This document shows, piece after piece, positions 12,206 through 26,203 of a stretch of 64,000 nucleotides of DNA; position 1 is the stretch's first letter; every line of letters begins with the position of its first letter. The stretch spans positions 30,070,001 to 30,134,000 of the forward strand of contig NC_043001.1 in NCBI RefSeq assembly GCF_006345805.1, in the 5' to 3' direction. The notes beneath the pieces were generated by a model. That model ran no database searches and had not been told where the DNA came from. It saw only the letters and a list, made by a program, of their open reading frames with translations. A program made the position numbers and the translations under genes. The stretch is from Octopus sinensis (taxonomy: Eukaryota).

Positions 12206-12310
12206 GAGATGCCTCCTTGGATGAATTACCTTCGTAAAAAATTTATTGCATCTTCAACACACCTAAATATAAAACTGTTTATTGCTAAGCTAATTGTTAA
12301 TACTGCTGAG
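12206..12310 (+). CDS. PRKDC: DNA-PKcs exon 6: EMPPWMNYLRKKFIASSTHLNIKLFIAKLIVNTAE
   Basis: cgtag| and |gtaagt; resembles human DLPSWMKFLHGKL..VPLNIRLFLAKLVINTEE. Confidence 0.96.
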
Positions 12311-13170
12311 GTAAGTTGTGTTAAATACAATATAATGTTTTGCAGTTAATGTGAATAATAGATGAATAAATATTTTTTTTTAATTTCTTTAGAATATATT
12401 AAAATTATTTCTAATATCCGTGATTATGTAGTCACAGGTATTCAATCATCACTTTAAATTAATGGAAATGAAAATAAATGCCTAGTTTCTTTCCAGTTGA
12501 TTACAATATGGAAACCTATATCATGTATTTAGTTCAAAACAATTTGTAATTGTGATCAAGTGTATCAAATGTGTGTGCACGCATGCACACAAACACACAC
12601 AGATACATACATATATTTCTTTACTGCTCACAAGGGGCTAAACATAGAGGGGACAAACAAGGACAGACGAAGGGATTGAGTCGATTATATCGCCCCCAAT
12701 GTGAAACTGGTACTTTATTTATCGACCCCAAAAGGATGAAAGGCAAAGTTGACCTCGGCGGAATTTGAACTCAGAACGTAACGACAGACGAAATACCGCT
12801 AAGCATTTCGCCCGGCGCGCTAACGATTCTGCCAGCTCGCCGCCTTGATACATACATAGACTGGCATTTGGAAGGGCATCCAGCTGTAAAAGCCATGCCA
12901 AAACTGACCTCACCCATGTTGGTACCACTTAAAAAGCACTCAGTCCAATCTGCAGGCTGGTTGCTTAGGAAGGGCATCCAACAGTAAAAACCTTGGCAAA
13001 ACAAACATCAAAGCATGGTGCAGTCTTCTGCCTAACCAGCTCCTGTCAAACTGTCCAACTCATACCAGCATGGAAAGCAAACGTTGAATGATGATGAAGA
13101 TATATATATATATATATATATATATATGGAAAACGGACGTTAAACGATGATGATGATGATATATATATAT

Positions 13171-13560
13171 CATCATCATCATCGTTTAACGTCCGTTCTC
13201 CATGCTAGCATGGGTTGGACGGTTCGACCGGGGATCTGGGAAGCCAGAAGGCTGCACCAGGCTCCGGTCTTATCTGGCAATGTTTCTACAGCTGGATGCC
13301 CTTCCTAACGCCAACCACTCCGTGAGTGTAGTGGGTGCTTTTTACGTGCCACCTGCACTGGTGCCAGGCGAGGCTGGCATTGGCCACGGTCGGATTGGTG
13401 CTTTTTACGTGCCACCTGCACGGAAGCCAGTCGAGGCAGCACTGGCTTCGGCCACGATTCGGATGGTGTTTTTTACGTGACACCGACACGGAAGCCAGTC
13501 GAGGCAGCGCTGGCATCGGCCACGATTCGGATAGTGCTTTTTACATATCTCCAGTCCAGG
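13171..13560 (-). mobile_element. RTE-type 3' tail, minus orientation. Other - copies approx. 23412-23720, 23740-24620, 26468-26770, 27200-27460, 35702-36075, 43645-44000, 54428-54850
   Basis: Begins (CAT)n cgtttaacgtccg..; reverse complement of the family above. Confidence 0.8.
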
Positions 13561-13951
13561 GGTCCTGGCATCTGCCGGGTGCCCGTCATAGGATTGGTTC
13601 AATTCCAATTTCGATTTCACTTGCCCCAACAGGTCTTCGCAAGCAAAATTCTTTTTGGGGACAGTGGATCTCAAAGTACATAGAGCTATAAATAATAGCA
13701 TCTACTGGTGGCGGCGAAGAAGAAGAATTGGAAACATGAAACTCAGAGTTACAATTCCAAAGGGTTTTACTTCTAATTAAATATACACCCTCTACACAAT
13801 TATAATTCAGAAAGTTTTGGTTTTTTCAAAATATGAATATCACTAAGATCTGCTTATGATTAAATATTTTCCCTTAATGCAGTTTTCTAAATTGATTCGC
13901 TACCTTTCAGTTTGCATTAATTACAAATTTATCATTTAATGATTATTTCAG

Positions 13952-14095
13952 ATTTTTGAAAAATATGCTTCATTTTGGGTGTTGCCACTCTCTGAATTCA
14001 TTATCCTTGGAAATTTTGAAGAAAAAGGCATCAATTATTTTGTTCTTGATATTATTGTGATGATTCTGAGCTGGGGTGAACATTCAATTCCTGGT
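13952..14095 (+). CDS. PRKDC: DNA-PKcs exon 7: IFEKYASFWVLPLSEFIILGNFEEKGINYFVLDIIVMILSWGEHSIPG
   Basis: ttcag| and |gtaagt; 144 nt; resembles human VFRPYAKHWLSPLLQ..GIHYMVVEIVATILSW. Confidence 0.96.
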
Positions 14096-15322
14096 GTAAG
14101 TAGTTCTTAGTTTTCAAATTGTACATGCTTCTATGATAATAATGCAAAATTCTGTCTGTCTGGGGCCCCTGTATCTAAGTCTACATTTGCTTTGCGTAGA
14201 CATATTATACATTTTTGGAATCGGGATGACCCTGAGATTGAAAATCTGCCCTTCATTTGGTTCTTGGACATCTAGCATTAAGATCTGATTTTTAAAGCAT
14301 TTGGGTTGCTATTTCTAGCGAGTAAAGCTTGGCTGATTCATGCCATCTTGGTTGGCATTTGTCAGATGACGTCAGAGATCAAGGGGGAGATAAATGACAT
14401 ATACTTCATTAATTTTAGGTCAAGATAAGAAGTTTGGGACAAATTGGCCAACAGTTGGAATTCGAATTGGGACTGAAACAATGGAATGATTGTCTTACAG
14501 AATTAATTCTCACCCATCCTTAACCCCTGATCAAACACCACCGGTGTCTGAGCTAGTGATATAAAAATGGCTTTTACAAAATAAGTTTCACATATAAAGC
14601 CTTGTATGTGCTTAAATATTTCAGTAGGGAAAGAAGATTGATGTGAGATATAGACATTACAAATTACATATGAGAGAAATAATAAGGTGGCTTATGAGTA
14701 GCTCATTAACGACAGCTGGTGCAAAAGTCTATCACTTGTGAAATTGAAATAAATGTAAACTAAACAAATATTACAGAAAACACGCTTGTCTCAATATTCT
14801 GTCGTTTAGGCAGGTGACACACCAATATCTTCTAGGCAAGACATGTATAGTAATCTAGGTAATTTTTCTTTTTTTTTTCATAAGAATCTATTGAAATTAA
14901 GCATTTCAAGTAAATGAATGGTCCATCACTCTTATAGTATTGTCATTGTATTGTGGTGAATTATACCAGTTTGAAATATTTAATATTCAGAGCAGCCTTT
15001 ACATGGCCATTTAGCCTGGAGAAAAATCAGTTACATATCTCACCAGTACATTACTGCTGTCACTGAATAGGAAGGGCACTAGATAATATAATAAACTTTA
15101 CCTGTGAAAACATGGTGGTCGTGATTAGAGTGCCTTTAAACAAAGGTCTCCTCAACTAGCTCTGACCTAGGGCTAAGCAACGGCTATAACAACTAACTTA
15201 GCACTAGATAGATTGAAAGTAATACCTTGACCCCTTGATACAACATGGGTAATAAGGTAGAAACTACCATCCTTTCAGCTGGTTGTCTGACAACCTGTTC
15301 ATTCTATCATCTGTGCTCTTGA

Positions 15323-18300
15323 AACAAATTCTTAACCATAAAGTGTTAACAATATTTATTCCATTTTAGGCTTCTTTTTTTTTTATCATAATTTAGAAAA
15401 ATATCAGAAAATGTTTTATAAATATTTAAAATTTAACAATATTTTTATCAATACCTGCTATTCTCAACAAATTCTTAACCATAAAATATTAACAAATTCT
15501 TAACCATAAAGTATTAACAATATTTATTCCATTTTAGGCTTCTTTTTTTTTTATCCTAATTTAAAAAATATCAGAAAATGTTATAAATATTTAAAATTTA
15601 ACAATATTTTTTATCAATACCTGCTACTTCTCAACAAATTCTTAACCATAAAATATTAACAAATTCTTAACCATAAAGTGTTAACAATATTTATTCCATT
15701 TTAGGCTTCTTTTTTTTTTATCCTAATTTAGAAAAATATCAGAAAATGTTTTATAAATATTTAAAATTTAACAATATTTTTTATCAATACCTGCTACTTC
15801 TCAACAAATTCTTAACCATAAAATATTAACAAATTCTTAACCATAAAGTATTAACAATATTATTCCATTTTAGGCTTCTTTTTTTTTATCCTAATTTAGA
15901 AAAATATCAGAAAATGTTTTATAAATATTTAAAATTTAACAATATGTTTTTTATACCTGCTACTTCTCAACAAATTCTTAACCATAAAATATTAACAAAT
16001 TCTTAACCATAAAGTGTTAACAATATTATTCCATTTTAGGCTTCTTTTTTTTTATCCTAATTTAGAAAAATATCAGAAAATGTTTTATAAATATTTAAAA
16101 TTTAACAATATTTTTTATCAATACCTGCTACTTCTCAACAAATTCTTAACCATAAAATATTAACAAATTCTTAACCATAAAGTATTAACAAATTCTTAAC
16201 CATAAAGTATTAACAATATTTATTCCATTTTAGGCTTCTTTTTTTTTTATCCTAATTTAGAAAAATATCAGAAAATATTTTATAAATATTTAAAATTTAA
16301 CAATATTTTTTATCAATACCTGCTACTTCTCAACAAATTCTTAACCATAAAATATTAACAAATTCTTAACCATAAAGTATTAACAAATTCTTAACCATAA
16401 AGTATTAACAATATTTATTCCATTTTAGGCTTCTTTTTTTTTTATCCTAATTTAGAAAAATATCAGAAAATGTTTTATAAATATTTAAAATTTAACAATA
16501 TTTTTTATCAATACCTGCTACTTCTCAACAAATTCTTAACCATAAAATATTAACAAATTCTTAACCATAAAGTATTAACAATATTTATTCCATTTTAGGC
16601 TGATTTTTTTTATCATAATTTAGAAAAATATCAGAAAATGTTTATAAATATTTAAAATTTAACAATATTTTTATCAATACCTGCTACTTCTCAACAAATT
16701 CTTAACCATAAAATATTAACAAATTCTTAACCATAAAGTGTTAACAATATTTATTCCATTTTAGGCTTTTTTTTTTTATCCTAATTAGAAAAATATCAGA
16801 AAATGTTTTATAAATATTTAAAATTTAACAATATTTTTATCAATACTGCTACTTCTCAACAAATTCTTAACCATAAAATATAACAAATTCTTAACCATAA
16901 AGTATTAACAACATTTATTCCATTTTAGGCTTTTTTTTTTATCATAATTAGAAAAATATCAGAAAATGTTTTATAAATATTTAAAATTTACAATATTTTT
17001 TATCAATACCTGCTACTTCTCAACAAATTCTTAACCATAAAATATTAACAAATTCTTAACCATAAAATATTAACAAATTCTTAACCATAAAGTATTAACA
17101 ATATTTATTCCATTTTAGGCTGATTTTTTTTTTATTATCCTAATTTAGAAAAATACCAGAAAATGTTTTATAAATATTTAAAATTTAACAATATTTTTTA
17201 TCAATACCTGCTACTTCTCAACAAATTCTTAACCATAAAATATTAACAAATTCTTAACCATAAAGTATTAACAATATTTATTCCATTTTAGGCTGATTTT
17301 TTTTTTATTATCCTAATTTAGAAAAATACCAGAAAATGTTTTATAAATATTTAAAATTTAACAATATTTTTTATCAATACCTGCTACTTCTCAACAAATT
17401 CTTAACCATAAAATATTAACAAATTCTTAACCATAAAGTATTAACAATATTTATTCCATTTTAGGCTTCTTTTTTTTTTATCCTAATTTAGAAAAATATC
17501 AGAAAATGTTTTATAAATATTGAAAATTTAACAATATTTTTTATGAATACCTGCTACTTCTCAACAAATTCTTAACCATAAAATATTAACAAATTCTTAA
17601 CCATAAAGTATTAACAATATTTATTCAATTTTAGGCTGATTTTTTTTATTATCCTAATTTAGAAAAATATCAGAAAATGTTTTATAAATATTTAAAATTT
17701 AACAATATTTTTTATCAATACCTGCTACTTCTCAACAAATTCTTAACCATAAAATATTAACAAATTCTTAACCATAAAGTGTTAACAATATTTATTCCAT
17801 TTTAGGCTTCTTTTTTTTTTATCCTAATTTAGAAAAATATCAGAAAATGTTTTATAAATATTTAAAATTTAACAATATTTTTTATCAATACCTGCTACTT
17901 CTCAACAAATTCTTAACCATAAAATATTAACAAATTCTTAACCATAAAGTATTAACAATATTTATTCCATTTTAGGCTTCTTTTTTTTTTATCCTAATTT
18001 AGAAAAATATCAGAAAATGTTTTATAAATATTTAAAATTTAACAATATTTTTTATCAATACCTGCTACTTCTCAACAAATTCTTAACCATAAAATATTAA
18101 CAAATTCTTAACCATAAAGTATTAACAATATTTATTCCATTTTAGGCTGATTTTTTTTTTATCATAATTTAGAAAAATATCAGAAAATGTTTTATAAATA
18201 TTTAAAATTTAACAATATTTTTTATCAATACCTGCTACTTCTCAACAAATTCTTAACCATAAAATATTAACAAATTCTTAACCATAAAGTGTTAACAATA

Positions 18301-21300
18301 TTTATTCCATTTTAGGCTTCTTTTTTTTTTATCCTAATTTAGAAAAATATCAGAAAATGTTTTATAAATATTTAAAATTTAACAATATTTTTTATCAATA
18401 CCTGCTACTTCTCAACAAATTCTTAACCATAAAATATTAACAATTCTTAACCATAAAGTATTAACAATATTTATTCCATTTTAGGCTGATTTTTTTTTAT
18501 CATAATGTAGAAAAATATCAGAAAATGTTTTATAAATATTTAAAATTTAACAATATTTTTATCAATACTGCTACTTCTCAACAAATTCTTAACCATAAAA
18601 TATTAACAAATTCTTAACCATAAAGTATAAACAATATTTATTCCATTTTAGGCTGATTTTTTTTTATCATAATTTAGAAAAATATCAGAAAATGTTTTAT
18701 AAATATTAAAATTTAACAATATTTTTTATCAATACCTGCTACTTCTCAACAAATCTTAACCATAAAATATAACAAATTCTTAACATAAAGTGTTAACAAT
18801 ATTTATTCCATTTTAGGCTTCTTTTTTTTTTATCCTATTTAGAAAAATATCAGAAAATGTTTTATAAATATTAAAATTTAACAACATTTTTTATCAATAC
18901 CTGCTACTTCTCAACAAATTCTTAACCATAAAATATTACAAATTCTTAACCATAAAGTATTAACAATATTTATTCCATTTTAGGCTGATTTTTTTTTTAT
19001 CATAATTTAGAAAAATATCAGAAAATGTTTTATAAATATTTAAAATTTAACAATATTTTTTATCAATACCTGCTACTTCTCAACAAATTCTTAACCATAA
19101 AATATTAACAAATTCTTAACCATAAAGTATTAACAATATTTATTCCATTTTAGGCTGATTTTTTTTTTATCATAATTTAGAAAAATATCAGAAAATGTTT
19201 TATAAATATTTAAAATTTAACAATATTTTTTATCAATACCTGCTACTTCTCAACAAATTCTTAACCATAAAATATTAACAAATTCTTAACCATAAAGTAT
19301 TAACAATATTTATTCCATTTTAGGCTGATTTTTTTTTATCATAATTTAGAAAAATATCAGAAAATGTTTTATAAATATTTAAAATTTAACAATATTTTTA
19401 TCAATACCTGCTACTTCTCAACAAATTCTTAACCATAAAATATTAACAAATTCTTAACCATAAAGTATTAACAATATTTATTCCATTTTAGGCTGATTTT
19501 TTTTTATCATAATTTAGAAAAATATCAGAAAATGTTTTATAAATATTTAAAATTTAACAATATTTTTTATCAATACCTGCTACTTCTCAACAAATTCTTA
19601 ACCATAAAATATTAACAAATTCTTAACCATAAAGTATTAACAATATTTATTCCATTTTAGGCTGATTTTTTTTTATCATAATTTAGAAAAATATCAGAAA
19701 ATGTTTTATAAATATTTAAAATTTAACAATATTTTTTATCAATACCTGCTACTTCTCAACAAATTCTTAACCATAAAATATTAACAAATTCTTAACCATA
19801 AAGTATTAACAATATTTATTCCATTTTCGGCTGATTTTTTTTTTATCATAATTTAGAAAAATATCAGAAAATGTTTTATAAATATTTAAAATTTAACAAT
19901 ATTTTTTATCAATACCTGCTACTTCTCAACAAATTCTTAACCATAAAATATTAACAAATTCTTAACCATAAAGTATTAACAATATTTATTCCATTTTCGG
20001 CTGATTTTTTTTTTATCATAATTTAGAAAAATATCAGAAAATGTTTTATAAATATTTAAAATTTAACAATATTTTTTATCAATACCTGCTACTTCTCAAC
20101 AAATTCTTAACCATAAAGTGTTAACAATATTTATTCCATTTTAGGCTTCTTTTTTTTTTATCCTAATTTAGAAAAATATCAGAAAATGTTTTATAAATAT
20201 TTTTAAAATTTAACAATTTTTTATCAATACCTGCTACTTCTCAACAAATTCTTAACAAAATATTAACAAATTCTTAACCATAAAGTGTTAACAATATTTA
20301 TTCCATTTTAGGCTTCTTTTTTTTTTATCCTAATTTAGAAAAATATCAGAAAATGTTTTATAAATATTTAAAATTTAACAATATTTTTTATCAATACCTG
20401 CTACTTCTCAACAAATTCTTAACCATAAAATATTAACAAATTCTTAACCATAAAGTATTAACAATATTTATTCCATTTTAGGCTGATTTTTTTTTTATTA
20501 TCCTAATTTAGAAAAATACCAGAAAATGTTTTATAAATATTTAAAATTTAACAATATTTTTTATCAATACCTGCTACTTCTCAACAAATTCTTACACATA
20601 AAATATAACAAATTTAACTTCAAAACCTAAAGTTTTAACAATATTTATTCCATTTTAGGATGATTTTTTTTTTTATTATCCTAATTTAGAAAAATACCAG
20701 AAAATTTTATAAATATTTAAAATTAACAATATTTTTTATCAATACCTGCACTTCTCAACAAATTCTTAACCATAAAATATTAACAAATTCTTAACCATAA
20801 AGTATTAACAATATTTATTCCATTTTAGGCTGATTTTTTTTTTTTATCCTAATTTAGAAAAATATCAGAAAATGTTTATAAATATTTAAAATTTAACAAT
20901 ATTTTTTATCAATACCTGCTACTTCTCAACAAATTCTTAACCATAAAATATTAACAAATTCTTAACCATAAAGTATTAACAATATTTATTCCATTTTAGG
21001 CTGATTTTTTTTTATTATCCTAATTTAGAAAAATACCAGAAAATGTTTTATAAATATTTAAAATTTAACAATATTTTTATCAATACCTGCTACTTCTCAA
21101 CAAATTCTTTACCATTAAAATATTAACAAATTCTTAACCATAAAGTATTAACAATATTTATTCCATTTTAGGCTGATTTTTTTTTTTTATCCTAATTTAG
21201 AAAAATATCAGAAAATGTTTTATAAATATTTAAAATTTAACAATATTTTTATCAATACCTGCTACTTCTCAACAAATTCTTAACCATTAAATATAAAAAA

Positions 21301-22262
21301 ATTCTTAACCATAAGTATTAACAAATTCTTAACCATAAAGTATTAACATATTTATTCCATTTTAGGCTGATTTTTTTTTATTATCCTAATTTAGAAAAAT
21401 ATCAGAAAATGTTTTATAAATATTAAAATTTAACAATATTTTTTATCAATACCTGCTACTTCTCAACAAATTCTTAACCATTAAATATTAAAAAAATTCT
21501 AACCATAAAGTATTAACAAATTCTTAACCATAAAGTATTAACAATATTTATTCCATTTTAGGCTGATTTTTTTTTTTTATCCTAATTTAGAAAAATATCA
21601 GAAAATGTTTTATAAATATTTAAAATTTAACAATATTTTTTATCAATACCTGCTACTTCTCAACAAATTCTTAACCATTAAATATTAAAAAATTCTTAAC
21701 CATAAAGTATTAACAAATTCTTAACCATAAAGTATTAACAATACTTATTCCATTTTAGGCTGATTTTTTTTTATTATCCTAATTTAGAAAAATATCAGAA
21801 AATGTTTTATAAATATTTAAAATTTAACAATATTTTTTATCAATACCTGCTACTTCTCAACAAATTCTTAACCATTAAATATTAAAAAATTCTTAACCAT
21901 AAAGTATTAACAAATTCTTAACCATAAAGTATTAACAATATTTATTCCATTTTAGGCTGATTTTTTTTTTTTATATCCTAATTTAGAAAAATATCAGGAA
22001 ATGTTTTATAAATATTTAAAATTTAACAATATTTTTTATCAATACCTGCTACTTCTCAACAAATTCTTAACCATTAAATATTAAAAAAATTCTTAACCAT
22101 AAAGTATTAACAAATTCTTAACCATAAAGTATTAACAATATTTATTCCATTTTAGGCTGATTTTTTTTTTTTTATCCTAATTTAGAAAAATATCAGAAAA
22201 TGTTTTATAAATATTTAAAATTTAACAATATTTTTTATCAATACCTGCTGCTTCTCAACAAA
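15323..22262. repeat. AT-rich tandem satellite, ~168-bp unit (~193 bp when the internal 25-bp subrepeat is triplicated), about 40 units, in intron 7
   Basis: Spacing of the ttttagg landmark: 168, 167, 169, 166, 194...; subrepeat aacaaattcttaaccataaa(a/g)tatt. Confidence 0.97.
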
Positions 22263-23178
22263 AAGGCGAGATGAATGCCAGTTCCAAGATGAAACTTTAT
22301 TTGGTACATCTAGTCAACCTTTGTTTGAAAATTGCACTGATGTGCATATAAAATCTGTAATGTGATGGAGGGAAAAGACAACAGAAAATGAAGCAAACAG
22401 GAGAAAGAAATACAGAGACCTTACCTCTTGACCTCGGCGGGATGAGCAATCACTGTCAAGAAATAAACATGTCCTTGCACGCTGCCGTCCCTCATGAACT
22501 GCCCGCACGTGCTTCCTGCCCACGCATGCCCCATTGCTGTTCCACCGGCCCCTGCAGTCTTCACTTCCGTCTACCTCATCTGCAATCCTCTCCACCAACA
22601 CCACATAGCTCATCACAGCCCATAACACCACAAACACTTCAAAATACATGGAAAAATTTGCAATAGCAAGATTATTAGAATTGTAAAAATGTTAGTAAAG
22701 GAATTAAAACCAAGAGTGTTAGTGAGGGAGTGTAAAATATAAGGCAAAATAGAGAAGACTGTCATATGATCCTCAAAGCCAATCACTTGCTTTAACATGG
22801 TAAAATCATCTTAAAACACATGATGTTCCAACTTTATAGTTGAGGTTAATAATCTGAAAATTTATAACCATGTTACTAGCTAATCGAATCACACTTTTAA
22901 CATTGAATCTCTTAATATTTTATTTTAATTTTTCAGGGTCAAAAAATATGTGCCAGTTGAGTACTGTGGTCAATGTAATTGACTTAGCTCCTCCTCTGAA
23001 ATTGCTGGCTGTGAGCCAAAATTTGAAAGCAATATTTTGTTTTGATTATTTTTTTATAATGTGTTATATATTTGTTTTATCTGAACTAATTCATTAGTTC
23101 CTCTTTTTTTTTTTTATTGTGTCTGAGGAGAGTTTAACATTTTCTTTTATTTCTTTTCAATTTTCTTTCAATAATTAG

Positions 23179-23330
23179 GATACTTCAAAAGATCGTTATG
23201 TGGCATCTAGTTTGGTGCAGTTTATCATCAGGAATATTTATAATGCAAACCGGACAATATTTCGAAATAATCTTAAACTGCTGGAAGCTTTGGTAGGACT
23301 CTGGAAAGCTAGAATAGATATCCCATATAA
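23179..23330 (+). CDS. PRKDC: DNA-PKcs exon 8: DTSKDRYVASSLVQFIIRNIYNANRTIFRNNLKLLEALVGLWKARIDIPYK
   Basis: attag| and |gtaagt; phase 0/2; resembles human [48 protein letters not shown]. Confidence 0.96.
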
Positions 23331-25191
23331 GTAAGTTTTTCTTCTTTCATTACAAATGTAGACATCTTTGGATTTGTTAGAATGCACATGGAATCATAAA
23401 TACTGGTTATTTATCATCATCATCATTATCATCATCGTTTAACGTCCGCTTTCCATGCTAGCATGGGTTGGACAATTTGACTGAGGTCTGACAAACCAGA
23501 TGGCTGCACCAGGCTCCAATCTGATCTGGCAGAGTTTCTACAGTTGGATGCCCTTCCTAACGCCAACTACTCTGAGAGTATAGTGGATGCTTTTACGTGC
23601 CACCGGCAAGAGGGCCAGTCACACGGTACTGGCAATGGCCACACTCAAATGGTGTTTTTTATGTGCCACCTGCACAGGAGTCAGTCCAGTGGCACTGGCA
23701 ACGACCTCGCTCAAATGTTTTTTTGTTTTTTTTTTAAACATCATCATCATTATCATCATCTAACATCCATGTTCCATGCCGGAAGCGATGGAGCCAAGGA
23801 CTGCATCTTGACTCTATGTCTGCTTTGGCATGTTTCTACAGCTGGATGCCTTTCCTAATGCCAACCACTTTACAGTGTGCACAGGGTGCTTTTTTCATGC
23901 CACCACTACTGTTGAGGTCATCATGCAGGAGCAGGGTTGGTGGGTGCATTCTTATGCTAGATGGGTGTTAAGATATGAGAGAAGAGGTTGGAGCAGAGCA
24001 GTTTTCTGTTGTAGAGGAGCTCACATTTAGAAAGGAGAGTGAGAGTGAATCAGTCATATCTCCAAAGAGATAAATAGTGATGAGTAGATGTTCAGGTAGC
24101 ACCTCAAGGTACAAGGTGAGTAATTGTGAGTGGGGACAGAGAAGCTAAGAGTGTGTGTAGGTGAGTTTTTGCATGAGTATACAGTGGTGGGGTCATGAGA
24201 TAGGAGAAATGGGAGAAGAGGAGTAAGCAACATCTGTAAAGATCAAGTAGGGTTGAAAGATGGATGGAGGAAGTGAGAGATACAGGGATGGGACTTGGCC
24301 AGTGGTGTAGGAGTTGAGTATGGTAATGATGACAGGGGAAGGAGAGGGATGATGTGCTTGGGTAGGCTGCAGAAAAGGGATAGAATGTGCATAAGGTGAG
24401 ACAATTTAGTGGTCCAGTTTGTGGGGGGAATGGGTGGACCACTGTAACATGTGGGTGTAGAGAACAATACTGATGGGTGAAGAATGGCTGATAGTGAAAA
24501 GATTCTGGATAGCAAGAAAGAAAATGGTATCAGGAGTAGGGGGAGACCTACAATGAGAAAGATATGGATTGAGAGGGGAGATTGATTGAGTGAGGTGCCC
24601 ATTTGTGCACACATATATATGTGTACATGTGTGTGTATTAGTTCATGCGATAAAACCAGTACCAACTTCACTCGACCATACCACAGCTCTGTTTTATTAG
24701 GGAAGTTTACAAGTTTAGTGGCTGTGTGGTAAGTAGCTTGCTTACCAACCACATGGTTCCGGGTTCAGTCCCACTGTGTGGCACCTTGGGCAAGTGTCTT
24801 CTACTATGGCCTCGGGCCGACCAAAGCCTTGTGAATGGATTTGGTAGATGGAAACTGAAAGAAGCCCGTCATATATATGTATGTATATATATATATGCGT
24901 GTGTGTGTCTGTGTTTGTCCCCCTAGCATTGCTTGACAACCGATGCTGGTGTGTTTATGTCCCCGTTACTTAGCGGTTCGGCAAAAGAGACCGATAGAAT
25001 AAGCACTGGGCTTACAAAAGAATAAGTCCCAGGGTCGAGTTGCTCGATTAAAGGCGGTGCTCCAGCATGGCCGCAGTCAAATGACTGAAACAAGTAAAAA
25101 AAAAAAGTAAAAAGAATACTGTTCTTTGAGTTATGTATTTTGGTTTTACTATTTAAGATTTGAACGTTATTCTGTTTTTTCTTACTTATAG

Positions 25192-25323
25192 GCTTTTATA
25201 TGAAATGATGACAAGCAGTGATCCCAACACTGGAGGTCTGATGGTCAGTGTACAGCTCTTGGGTGTTCTATTAAAATGTAATTTTTCACCTTATGTAAAT
25301 ATGACAGATGTTCCTCGAGAAAC
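25192..25323 (+). CDS. PRKDC: DNA-PKcs exon 9: LLYEMMTSSDPNTGGLMVSVQLLGVLLKCNFSPYVNMTDVPRET
   Basis: tatag| and |gtgagt; phase 2/2; resembles human [34 protein letters not shown]. Confidence 0.95.
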
Positions 25324-25972
25324 GTGAGTTTTTACTCTTAAAAATATCTTCTCTATAAATAGGAAACACATTTTAATTCACATAAGGTATAATTTTAATT
25401 CACATAAGCTATTCACTTAAAGTATTTTCGCGCCCGACATCACAAAATGCGTCTGAATAAACATTGCTGGACAGCAAATAGAGAATTGAACATTGCTTAG
25501 AAAATAATTTTCATTTTTAACCTCGTGTATAATACGCACTAGGGATTTTGACCTTTAAATTTTGGGGGGAAAATGCGGATTATACTTGAGGATTTACAGT
25601 ACTCATTTTTGCTAGCTGGGTGGACTGGAGCAACATGAAATAAAGTGTATTGTTCAAGGACAAAACACACTGCAATCACAAGCCAAATATCTTTACCACT
25701 AAGTCATATACTTTCATTAATGTACAACAATCAAAATAATAATTATATTTTCCACTAATCTTAAGAAAGAAAAAAATTCAAATTGCTTTAGACAGTATAA
25801 TTTCAATTTTACTTTTCAACAGCCCTTAAGACACCAGATTTAATTCAAGCAACTTAGTAAAGCACTTCACATTAAAAATGTCCTATTTCTAAGGAAAATA
25901 AATCATTATATTTTGACTTCTCATGCAGGTAAACTACAACTTTTGTTTTTATTTATTCTCCTTTTTTTATAG

Positions 25973-26203
25973 ATATTTTAGTCATTTGTCTCAAGGACTT
26001 CATCATAGTCATAAGATTGTTTATGCTAGTACAGCTGAGGTGTTAGGCCTGTCATTGAAATATTTTGATCAGCATAAAGATTCTGAATTTGAGAAATTTA
26101 TGAAACAAATTGAAAGAGTAATGAAAACTTTAGAACCCAAGCTTGGAAATTTCATTGTTTGTCTTCATAAAATGCAGTTACACTATCAACCAGTTGCTGA
26201 GAG
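25973..26203 (+). CDS. PRKDC: DNA-PKcs exon 10: YFSHLSQGLHHSHKIVYASTAEVLGLSLKY...FIVCLHKMQLHYQPVAE
   Basis: tatag| and |gtgagt; resembles human YKEVYAAAAEVLGLILRY..KFIVCLNKVTKSFPPLADR. Confidence 0.96.

Noticed and set aside
13202-13701. Recurrent ORFs containing FLQLDALPNANHS / LALGRASSCR
   Set aside because: Chance frames in the non-coding RTE 3' tail, repeated only because the repeat is.
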